From NCBI RefSeq assembly GCF_032191835.1, contig NC_083228.1:71982001-72046000 (forward strand): a stretch of DNA of 64,000 nt. The letters are read 5' to 3'. Within the stretch, counting starts at the first letter, position 1. The number at the start of each line of letters is the position of its first letter. Of the stretch, positions 1 through 10,619 are shown one piece after another. A program made the translations under genes and the position numbers. Under the pieces are notes generated by a model. The model ran no database searches. It was not told where the DNA came from and saw nothing but the letters and a program-made list of their open reading frames with translations. Origin of the DNA: Heteronotia binoei (taxonomy: Eukaryota).

Positions 1-358
1 GATAACATTCACAGGGAGATAAGAGAGGTTTTCTTTTCACAGCCTTTTATTCATTTATTTTGGGTGATTTTACTCCTTATCTTATCAATAAGATGCAATC
101 TATTTTTGTTTTGATTTGCACAACATCATGTATGGAAATAGAAACAAGGGGGGGGGTTTAGTCTGAATGAATATAAATACAGTATTAATCCTAATCTTGT
201 TTCACTTTCATTATGGGCCCACAGAAATTAAACATACATTAATAGAAAAATTAAGAAAGCAAAACTGATCAGGGAGTACCATATAATGAAGTCTTTAAAC
301 CTCCTGGTTTCTGAACTCAGAAAGTTACAAATGGCAGATATACTTGGGTCTTTTCAAA

Positions 359-392
<34 letters not shown>

Positions 393-404
393 ACACACAC
401 ACAC
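359..404. repeat. (CT)n(CA)n compound microsatellite
   Basis: Directly visible tctctc...cacacac run. Confidence 0.9.
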
Positions 405-2109
405 TTTTGTTCTTAATAGACAGGTGAGTTCTGAGAAATTTGTAAGCTTGTATTCGCTACTTTGTGACATTTTGATTTGACTCATAAAGCCAGTAAACTA
501 GTGTGATTTGCATGTATACTAAATAATCAATTTGGTCAGAAAGCAGAAGGGTGATACTCCTTAGAGAACAAGGCTTTAGGAGACAGATAAATGCAAAAAG
601 CCAGAGTGAAAAGAGATCAGCCAATATTGTTTACCTGTATTTTTTGATAGTTATTGTAAGTCACTTTATAAATTTTATGTTAAGACTGTGAGATATAAAT
701 ATTTTGAACAAATACATAAAGGACACATCAGTGATCCGCACACTTTCCCCAAAGTAAAACAGCATTATGGGAAAAACCCAAATGAGCAAAGTTGTAATTT
801 CGTCAGAGGCCAAAATCCAGGAAAGGCAAATATAGAGATACTGAATCAGAAGTATTTAATATAGTTATGCTTGGCTGTAGAAGGGGTAAAATCATTCTCT
901 GAAGTAAGGAATGCAATCAGATGCTTTTAGATGATAGAAATGGGGGAGGAAATGATGTCTGAAAACCAATATCTGGTAAAGTCTAAGCACTACAGACTTG
1001 GACTTTTTCTGCACCTAAATGTTGCAGCTGTTTCCCGGTGACTTGAATCCCCAGCTGATGCTCTGACTTTGCAACATCCTTTCTGTAAAAGGGCATGTAT
1101 TTCAGGGATTTTTTCTTGATTTCAGATGTGACCCTCTCCATGTGTTCTGCACTTCCTTTAAAAAAGGGTAGTACAGCCATGTCATGATGTACTTCATCAG
1201 CAGCAGAACCTCTCTTTTTTTTTTTGCACATGTGCACTAACATTATAACATCACTAGGAATAATGCCCATTTTGAAGAAAAATACAACAGGCTCTAGAAA
1301 GAGGCTCTGGGTGAGTTCCCCCCACCCTTGCTGTCTTCCCACCCTAAGTGAATACATTCACTCCCCCACCCACCTCAGGAGAAGCTGATCTCTGCCATCT
1401 GGAGAACAGTTGTAATTCTGAGTGATCTCCAGCCCACACCTAGAGATTGGCAACAGTGATGGCTAATTTGGAGGGTGGAGTCTATGGCATTGTACCATTC
1501 TGAGGTCCCTGGAGTTGGCAACTGCTAAGTCACACTGGCTGTCATAGGGGGGCTGTTGCTGAACAGTAGCAAGCAGCCAGGCCTAGTTAAGTCATGACAG
1601 CCAGGTGGCATCAAGTCATCCAGAAGATGCTACAAGGCCTAGGTTAGCCAACTTCCAGGTAGTGCCTGAAGATCTCCTGGGATCACAACTGAACTCCAGA
1701 CAACAGATCTTTTCTCCCCTGGATAAAATAACTGCTTTGGAGGGTGGACTCTAATAAAATGAATAAAACATTGGTTACCTGACAACAGCCTCTGGCTAGC
1801 ATTTTCCCCGGGGGGTGGGGGAGGGAGAGAGTGATGGGAAAGAGGTGGCCACCATGGCCTCTGAGGAAATGTTTCATGAGGCCACAGTAGAGCCACCTTT
1901 TTGAGGTGGATTGATGGAGAGAACACAGAGAAGAATGAGGTAAGACTGTTTTGGCTTCTGGGCCTGTAGTACGTAGGGGATAGGGGAGTCAGTCAATGGG
2001 AACGCAGAGTTGGTGATTAATGTATAATGGGACAATTATTTGTTGAGTGCATGGAATGCACCTATAAGCCAATGGGAGAGCTCCCTTTGGCCACCACCAT
2101 AGGGGAATT

Positions 2110-2588
2110 ATATATAGCAATAACATTGTAAAAAGGCAGGTTGTATCATGGGGAACAGCATCATTGCTGCCATTTCAGAGGTCCCTTGCTCCTCCTTAGT
2201 CGCCAATTAAGAAAATGGCTGGCAATTGCTGAACTACATACACATATTTATAACACTGTTCTATAATTATTAAACACACTAAATGTGTCATCATGTACTT
2301 CATCAGCAATGGAACCTCCTTTTTTGCATATACAGTAATGTTATAATATCATAACACTATAAAAAGGCTAGATGTATTGTGGGAAACAGCATGGTTACCA
2401 CCATTTCAAAGGTTCCCTTCTCCTCCTTAGTCACAAACTAAGGAAATGGCAAGCAAAGATTCCCACAAAATCCTAATGAAAATAGCATTCTATTTGTGAT
2501 TGCCGAACTGGATACATCAATTTATAACAGTGTTATTCAGTAATTGTCAGCAACAGAACCTCCTTTTTTGTGCATATGCAGCAGTGTT
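2110..2588 (+). repeat. Degenerate ~240-bp tandem repeat (2 units here; third unit resumes after the L1 at ~8184-8400; partial unit ~1165-1250)
   Basis: Recurring block aacattgtaaaaaggc(t)ag...gaacagcat..ttgctgccatttca.aggtccc...ctccttagtc...aactaag.aaatggc...tttataaca.tgtt...catgtactt...gaacctccttttttg at ~2122, ~2352 and ~8188. Confidence 0.7.
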
Positions 2589-3641
2589 CGGGGTAGGAAA
2601 ATGCCGAGCTGAGCTGCTTCTCATAAAGGGAGCAGGCTGGAACTGCTGTTCAGGGTAGTGGAAGGCAAATTAATGCCTACTGCCTACTTTTCTCAGTCAG
2701 AGATTAGTCCAAGATATGCACAGAAAACTTTGAGGAGATTTACTTTGGCTAAAAGGGAGTCCTGGGGGGGGGGGCTCCTTTGAGGGGTCTCCGGAGAATA
2801 GTTGCATTTTCATCATCTGCAGAAGTTTCCAGAGTCATTTATTTGACATAAGCTCAACAGAATCCTAACCTTCTTGGACATTACTAAACATCTAAAGCTA
2901 TACAAGATTGGTGTGGATCTGGATAATTTGCAGAAAAGGTACAGATTACTATCTTTCATTCCGGGACTATTTAAAGTTAAACAGAATAAATCAAAATGTG
3001 GGAAATGGAAATCTAGAAAGCTTGGAAGAAGAAGGGATGAAGAGGTGAAATTTGGACTTTTTAAATTTAAAGGACAGTGCTAAAAGTGAGAAGGAATTTA
3101 TTGTTTGGTCTACTTGCGGTTTTGAAAAAAGAGCACCATTGTCACAGAGTGCAGCATACACAGTCAACACAGGAAATACATCAAGTATTGTGAGATCTCT
3201 CTACCAGTGAAAATGGGATTTGGTGGCAAGTTAAGCAGGAAACATTAGATGAAAAGCCTACTCTAGGACTATAATACCATAGAAAAACATCGGCAGCCAT
3301 TGCAAGGAGGTCAAAATTAAAATAATAATTTTAAGGTGTTCGGGACATTAATAATTGTTGGAAATAATGGAGGTGATGAAAGGACAAATACTATTGGACA
3401 TTATTGTTAATATTGGATTTTAGAAGCTTTTAAAGGAAAAAGAAAATTTTTTAAAGAAAAGTAGAAAGTCGCAACTGCCATTTTGAAAGAAATAAAAAAA
3501 TTAAAAATTAAAAATTAATATCTCAGCCTAGGAGGCTCTGAGGACGGCAAAATTAGACTTGCTGGAAAAAGCAAGCTCTAATCTTTTGAATGTGATAGTT
3601 AAATTTTAAATTGGTGAGAACAAAATTTTTGGTGTTTTTAA

Positions 3642-4396
3642 ATGTCAGAGCATAAGCAAACCCCTATAAGGGCTACTTCTCTGGAGAAAATGCAGGAACA
3701 ATTAGAGGCAATGGAGGCTAGAATGATGAAAGGTATGAAAGACATGATAACTGCCTCTAAGAAAGAAATTATAGAAGAGATTAAAAAAGATATTGAGGAT
3801 CTCAGAAATGAGATGGAGGAAACATCTAAGGAAGTGCAGGAGGTAGAAGGGAGAATGAAAGTACATGATTCCACCTTGTTGAAAATACAAGAAAAAGTGG
3901 CAATCCATGACTGCAAATTGATGGAGACTCAGATACGTCTGAGAGGAGTACCTGAAAAGGAAGAGAGTGACTTGAAAGAATATATAATAAAGATAATTGC
4001 AGAATTTTTGGAGGAAGATCCTAAAGAGACTAAAAATATGTATGACTATATGTATAGAGTGAATTCATTCTATGCAAAAAAAAATAATCTACCAAGAGAT
4101 GTGGTCATAAGATATATGACAAAAGAAATGGTGGGAAAGATCATGAACAAAAATTTTGAAAAGACATTGATAGTGGCAGGTAGTAGAGTAAGAATCATGA
4201 AGGAACTACCAAGGCAAGTGATAAACGACAGAAGAACATACAGAAAACTGACAGAGAAATTAGGGACAATGAAATGAGATATAGAAGGATAATACCTGAA
4301 GGCCTGAGCTTTGAACTTCAGGGGAAAAGAACTACAATTACAAATTAACAGGAACTGCATAGATTTTATGAAAAACATAAAGAATTTGCACCATGA
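3642..4396 (+). pseudogene. L1 ORF1p (coiled coil + RRM + CTD), frameshifted near the C-terminus
   Basis: Coiled-coil-like EEIKKDIEDLRNEMEETSKEVQEVEGRMK, then IRLRGVPEKEE, YMYRVNS, PRDVVIRY and RIMKELPRQV..R, typical of L1 ORF1. The last frame ends EFAP* (TGA 4394-4396). Confidence 0.8.
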
Positions 4397-7300
4397 TGGA
4401 TTACAAATTATTATCTTGGAATGTAAATGGACTAAATTCACCAGAAAAAGGGCAACATTTCATTGGATTAAAAAGCAAAATTGTAATATAGTTTGTCTAC
4501 AAGAAGTACATATAAAACAGAAGGATTATAAATTTTTATGGAATAAACAATTGGGATTAGAATTTTAATCCCTGGCTGAGCAGAAGAAAAGGGGAGTGAT
4601 TTTTTTATGTTAAACAGGAATTGGATCTGAAATTAGTATTTAAAGATGAAAATGGAAGATTTATAGCAGTAGAAATAAATTTGAATGGGAAAAAAACATT
4701 GTTATTGGGATTGTACGCACCAAATGGAGCGAAAGATGTATTTTTAAGGATATTACACAACAACTTGATGAATTGACATATGATCAAGTTTTGATAATAG
4801 GGGACTTTAATGGAACAATTCAGAATGCATTAGATAGATAAATGCATTAGATAACAAAGAAGGAAAATTGCCAAAATCTTTTTTTGAATTGGTTAAACAA
4901 GAAAATTTGGAAGATATATGGAGGAAATTTAATCCTGATGTACGGGACTATACCTTTTTTTCAGCAAGACATAATTCTTTTTCTAGAATTGACATGTTGT
5001 GGGGCACTAAAGATATGGGCCTTATAACAAAGAAAGAATCACCCAAAGGGTGATTAACATGTTACTTCTTCACCCAAAGGGTGATTAACATGTGGAATTC
5101 ACTGCCACAGGAGGTGGTGGCGGCCACAAGTATAGCCACCTTCAAGAGGGGTTTAGATAAAAATATGGAGCACAGGTCCATCAATGGCTATTAGCCACAG
5201 TGTGTGTGTATATATAAATTTTTTTGCCACTGTGTGACACAGAGTGTTGGACTGGATGGGCCGTTGGCCTGATCCAACATGGCTTCTCTTATGTTCTTAT
5301 GAAAATTGAGATTTTGCCTAAAATAGGAGCTGATCATAACCCAATAAAGTTGCTTACAAATTCGTTGAAAAAATCAAGAAGATGGAGATAAATGAAGATT
5401 TACTACAGAATAAAGAAATAGTGACATCTCTAGAAAATAAGACCAAAGTTTTCTTCCAAATAAACGACAGAGAAGATATTGAATTCCAGATGGTGTGGGT
5501 TGCCTATAAGACAGTAATGAGAGGAATATTGATAACATTGAACAATAAAGATAAGAGGGCAAAAGATAAACAGATGTTGGACATTCAAAATGAAATAAAG
5601 AAAAAAGAAGGTGAATTAAGGAAAAGGCCAGGGAAAAAGAAAATGTTGAGGGAGATTACAATATTACAAACACAAATGAGACATTTATTAAATAAAGAAT
5701 TGGAATGGAATTTGAAAAAATTACAGCAAAAGTCTTTTGAGGGAGCAAATAAACCTGGAAAGAACCTGGCCTAGCAATTGAAAAAAAAAGAGAGAAAGTT
5801 AAATTATTAGTAAGATTGTGGTTGATGGAAGAGAGATGGTGCATCAAGAAGGAATAAAAAGAGATTTTTTTAAATATTATGCTAAACTATTTAAGGGTGT
5901 TAAAATAAAGAAAAAATATATTAAATTAGCACCCTTAACAGAAAATATGAAAGAAGTTTTGAATGTGCCAATTGAAAGAATAGAGATTGAAGCAGCGATC
6001 AATGCAATGAAAATTGGAAAGGCACCTGGGCCAGATGGATATACAGCTAAGTTTTTTAAAACCTTTAAAGAGGAATTAATACCGAAACGCCAAAAATTGA
6101 TGAACATGATAAGATTAAAAGGTAAAATACCAAATACATGGAAGGAAGGAAGCAGTGATTTCGTTAATTCCAAAAGAAGATAGAGATGTCACAAATGTAA
6201 AAAAATTATAGACCGATCTCATTATTGAATAATTACTATAAAATATACACAAGAATGCTGGCAGAACAACTTAAGCAATATTTGATAAACTTTATAAAGG
6301 AAGATCAAGCAGGGTTTCTCCCCAAAAGACAGATAAGAGACAATATTAGGACTGTTGTAAATATTGTAGAATATTACAAAAGACAAGAATATGGAGAACT
6401 CATGAAATTTTATATAAATAAAGAAAAATCAAAAATTTTATGTAAGAATATGCAAGTAAGTAAACAAAAGGAGTTACAAAAGCTGATGGGTTGTGAAGTT
6501 ACTTCAAAGGTAAAATATTTGGGTGTGGAGATAACAATGAAGAATATTGATTTGTTTTAAAAATAATTATGAGAAGCTATGGCATAAAATGGATGAAGAC
6601 ATGATAAAATGGAATAAACTTAATTTGTTATTGCTGGAAAGAATAGGTGCAATCAAAATGAATAATGAATAATGTATTTATTTCAAACTATTCAGATTGT
6701 GAAGGACAGCAAACAGTTTAATAGATAGCAGAGGAAGATCTCAGAATTTGTGTGGGCTGAGAAGAAGCCAAGGATCAAAATGAAAATTTTCAGATGCGAA
6801 AGAGGAGGATTCCAATTACCAGATTTAAAACTATATCATGAAGCAGTCTGCTTAGTGTGGATAAAAGAATGGGTGATGCTATTAAACAGAAAACTTTTGA
6901 CATTGGAAGGTCATGGAAATAAATTTGGCTGGCACGTCTATATGTACTATGGGGGAAAAAAGATGGATGGTTTTTTCTCTCACCATTACATAAGAAATAA
7001 TTTGTTGAATACGTGGATGAAATATAAGAAATATGGTGATGAGAGAAAACCGTTATGGATAGTGCCAGCAGAAGTGATAAAAATAACAGCTGATGTGGGT
7101 GAAGAAAAGTGGTTGTCATATAATCAGATATTAAAAATACAAGACAGTAAAATAGAGCTAAAAACTGCGAAAGAGTTGAATAATAAATATGACTGGTTTC
7201 AAATGCAACAAATAAAGAGTTTGGTGGAAAAAGACATTAAAACTGAAGGAATAAGAAAAGAACAAACAGAAATGAAAATAGTTCTGCTTGGAGATAATGA

Positions 7301-7974
7301 AAAATTAATTTCAAAACTATATAAACTGCTTTTGAAATGGTCTACAGAAGATGAAGTAGTGAAATCTCAAATGATTAAGTGGGCAATTAATGTAAATAAA
7401 GAAATACAGATGGAAACTTGTGAATATCTTTGGAAGAATTCTATAAAGCTTTCAACATGTCATAGTATTAAAGAGAACGGTTTTAAAATGATGTATAGAT
7501 GGTATATAACTCCTAAAAAGTTGGCAAAGATGAATAATAAGATGCCAGATAGATGTTGGAAGTGTAAAAAACATGAAGGTTCTTTTTACCATATGTGGTG
7601 GACTTGTGAAAGAGCAAAAAAATATTGGCAGATGATTCAACAAGAAATATCTAGGATCTTGGGATATGAAATCAAGAAAGTTCCAGAGACTTTTCTGTTG
7701 GGATTATATATGGAAAAATTTCCAAAAGAAGATAGAACTATAATTTGGTACTTGCTCTCAGATGTTAGGACATTGTATGTGAAGTTGTGGAAGCAAGAAA
7801 GAATACCAGAGAAATGGGATTGGATTATAAAAGTTATAACATGGAGTGAAATTGACAAGAATTTTAAGAGACTATGATCTAGAAACTTTTAAGTTGGGGT
7901 GGAAGAAGTTTAGAAATTATATAGAAAAAGAGTGGAAAATAAAAGGACATTGGACAATGTTTGATAATGATTAA
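4393..7974 (+). pseudogene. L1 ORF2p (APE endonuclease - RT - Cys domain), disrupted
   Basis: MDYKLLSWNVNGLNSP, IVCLQEVH, LYAPNG, IIGDFNG, SRIDML, ADHNPI (EN); GKAPGPDGYTAKFFK, YRPISLLNNYYKI, DQAGFLPKRQIRDNIR (RT domains 1-2); RT core missing; GGFQLPDLKLY and the CWKC..HMWWTC tail. Confidence 0.88.
5036..5300 (+). mobile_element. 5'-truncated CR1 3' end inserted in the L1 endonuclease region
   Basis: CR1 3' sequence (tggaattcactgccacaggaggtggtggcggcc...ttggactggatgggccgttggcctgatccaacatggcttctcttatgttcttatg). It splits the L1 codons ITKK|IEILPK, with GAAA on both sides as a probable TSD. Confidence 0.9.
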
Positions 7975-8574
7975 GCCTTAAAAGAAAGAAAAATAGAAAT
8001 TTTTGTTTTATTAGTTAAGGGTACCTTTAAATATTAGTATTTTAAGTATACAACACCGGCGGGGGTGAAGTAATGGGGGGAGGGGAGGTTAGAAAAGTAA
8101 TATATGGGATAGATAAAAAGAAGTAATTAATAATGCAAAGAAATGATTGTTACCATATGTTACTGGAATAAAATTGTTTTAAACACAACATTGTAAAAAA
8201 AAAAAGGCTAGATGTATCACGGAGAACAGAATGGTTGCTGCTATTTCAAAAGTCCCCTGCTCCTTCTTAATCATCAACTAAGAAATTGGCTGGAGATGGT
8301 CAAACTGGATACACTGATTCATAACAGTGTTATTCAATAATCAATTGTATCTTCATGTACTTGGATGCTCCTTTTTTGTTTTTGGCTTGGAAAGGTACTG
8401 AACACATCTCTTTATAGACATGCCATTCCTTATACTAAAGAAAATGGCAGGAAGGAGTAATGATTGATGCAGCAATTTCCTCGAGATCCTCCCTACATTA
8501 ACCTTAAAGTAACTTATAGCTGTAGTAGGAGTGATTCCACTAATTGTACTTACTACCTATGTATTCTGAAGGTG

Positions 8575-8880
8575 AAGAACCATGGTGTGGGTTCCTGCAG
8601 AAGAACCAGTTTTAGCTCCCCAGGTTCTAGCCTCAGCCATGAAGCTCATTGGGTGATGTACTGATATATTTGTTGTTTTAATTATGTAAATTATTATTGT
8701 ATTTTAATTCTTGAATTTTATTGTTAGAACTTTTATGTTGTGAGCCGCCCTGAGCCCGCTTTGGTGGGGTAGGGCGGGATATAAATCAAATAAAATGAAA
8801 TGAAAAATGTTGGGCCAGTTTTTTCTCACCCTAACTTACCTCACAGGATTGTGAGGCAAAATGGAGGAAAAGAGATGTAC
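8575..8880 (+). mobile_element. Old tRNA-derived SINE interrupted by an L2-type 3' tail
   Basis: SINE body ...gaagctcattgggtga|...|ttgggccagt...cctaacttacctcacagg, split by tgagccgccctgagccc...gggcgggatataaat..aaataaaatgaaatg. Confidence 0.55.
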
Positions 8881-9212
8881 ACAAGATAAAAATTAGACAG
8901 AAAACAATTATAAATGTGTAGGAAGATATTTAATGGGAATATGTGGACTCATAATTCCTCAAACATAAGGGTTTTTTTAAATCCCCATATTTTTCTTTTT
9001 GTTTTCAACTTGAGTTTATGTCCCCCCCCCTCCCAGTACGTGATATTGTACAACTGACTCCCTTTGGAATCTGATAGTATCACTCAGGAAATTGAGCTTT
9101 TTGATCCGTATCTTCCTTATCAATTAAAATGCAAATCAAGAAACAAAAACGAGCCAGATGAAATTAAATCTATTCCTTTCTGGCTTTATAGGCTTGGTGA
9201 TGAGATACTCAC

Positions 9213-9277
9213 ATCCATCTGTCGTCCGAGCCTCCATGTGCACAAGGTCAGGCTCCTTATCCAGACCTGAGACAGAC
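9213..9277 (-). CDS. SORCS3: Internal coding exon (65 bp) of VPS10P-domain receptor SORCS3; corresponds to human exon 6 as recalled
   Basis: Minus strand reads polypyrimidine tract ...ctctcattttcttttctcccAG | G TCT GTC TCA GGT CTG GAT AAG GAG CCT GAC CTT GTG CAC ATG GAG GCT CGG ACG ACA GAT GGA T | GTgagt. Peptide SVSGLDKEPDLVHMEARTTDG matches recalled human SORCS3 SVAGLDKEADLVHMEVRTTDG at 18/21 and SORCS1 SVMGSNKEPDLVHLEARTVDG at 16/21. The exon ends on T, consistent with the next residue Tyr (SORCS3) rather than His (SORCS1). Canonical AG/GT sites. Absent from the ORF track because it is short. Confidence 0.88.
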
Positions 9278-10619
9278 CTGGGAGAAAAGAAAATGAGAGC
9301 TAAATCAATTCAGGAGGTAGAATGCCACGATACCAAACAAAGGTCAAGGTGGTTAGGAAATGGAAAAGGAGTATAAAACTAGCTAGCCTTCTTTAAACAA
9401 ACCACCCTGAGATTTGAATGGATTTAGTGCACAAAGAAGCCACATGAAAATCAAAGGGCTTGGATTTAATAAGTAGCCTAGTTCAAAAAGCACAGACGAA
9501 TGGAACACTTGAGGCTTTCATTTTAATTCCATTTCATCCACTCGCTTCATGATGTTGCTGAAGTTCATAATTACCAGACTCAGTTCGCAAACTTCAGCAG
9601 CCAATAATGCTTCAAGCTGAGGCCACCAAAACAGCTGCATGATGTCTTCTCCAGGTTAGATCATAATTTGAGACAGAGAAAAGCTTGTCACTGCCTGACT
9701 CTCTGCTGCATGCTGATTTAGCAGTCTGGTGATTAAAAACAGGACTACTGTCCACTGGCCCTTTAAGTGCTGTTATAGTAATATCCCAAATAACACTCCA
9801 GGAAGCGTAATTGTTCTATAGCATGTGAGCCCTTAGTATGGGTGTCAAGGGACAAACGAAATTAGGGTCCCTGAGACATGTCTGCCCCATTTCAAGAATG
9901 GTTGTTTTCCCTTCCTTTTTGAAGGAACCTTGTTCTACCAACAAACCACACACCACAGTAAATTTAGTAGGGAGGTAGACTAAAACCATCTTCTAAGAGT
10001 CAGGAAGTCCCCATATTTTACATGCTGTCAGGCCAACTGTCCTGGCTCTTGGATTGCTTTCCATACCATACTAATGGCTTCACAGCCCCAAACCCTGTAG
10101 TTCGGACTTCATAAAGAGTTGATTAGATGCCTGGGCATTCACAGAGGGTAAAACCAATATTCACTCAGCAAAGTAGAAAATCCTTACAGAAATATTTGGG
10201 TAAAATGTCATATCATCACACATGAGCTCACATGAACTGAAAATTCTTCCTAAAATACCCATTGCAGATTGCCAGTCCTTAGCGTGGGTACACCTGCCAT
10301 GACTATCCTCTGCCGGAAGAGTCACTAGAATTTGGAGAAAGCTTCCTCAGGAGGAAGGCATTATAGTTTATTGAAGGGAGTCAGGAAACAAATCTTCACA
10401 GAAGGGAAAAATCAGTAGTGATGAACAAGTCATCTTTCAACTCAGAAGCCTGCTTCCAAGAATCTGACAACTTTTTGGGAAGCATCTGAAAACCACTGCC
10501 TTTAACGGAAGTCTATATGTAGAAATTACTGAAGCTACACTAATGCTGAAATTGCCACAGTACTTAACATCAAAGGTTTTAAAAAAGGCAAGAGGAGATG
10601 CATAATATGTATGTATGTA

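Larger units (their letters stand above)
2589..8183 (+). mobile_element. Near full-length L1-clade LINE (squamate type), inactivated
   Basis: About 1-kb 5'UTR, ORF1, ORF2 with APE endonuclease, RT and C-terminal Cys motif (RCWKCKKHEGSFYHMWWTC), 3'UTR and AATAAA at 8167-8172. Many stops and frameshifts. Ends approximate; no clean TSD. Confidence 0.9.

Noticed and set aside
9505-9640. 40-codon minus-strand ORF MQLFWWPQLEALLAAEVCELSLVIMNFSNIMKRVDEMELK near the SORCS3 exon
   Set aside because: No recognisable homology or clear splice context, and the length is within chance. The region could still be a conserved non-coding element, which needs an alignment to test.
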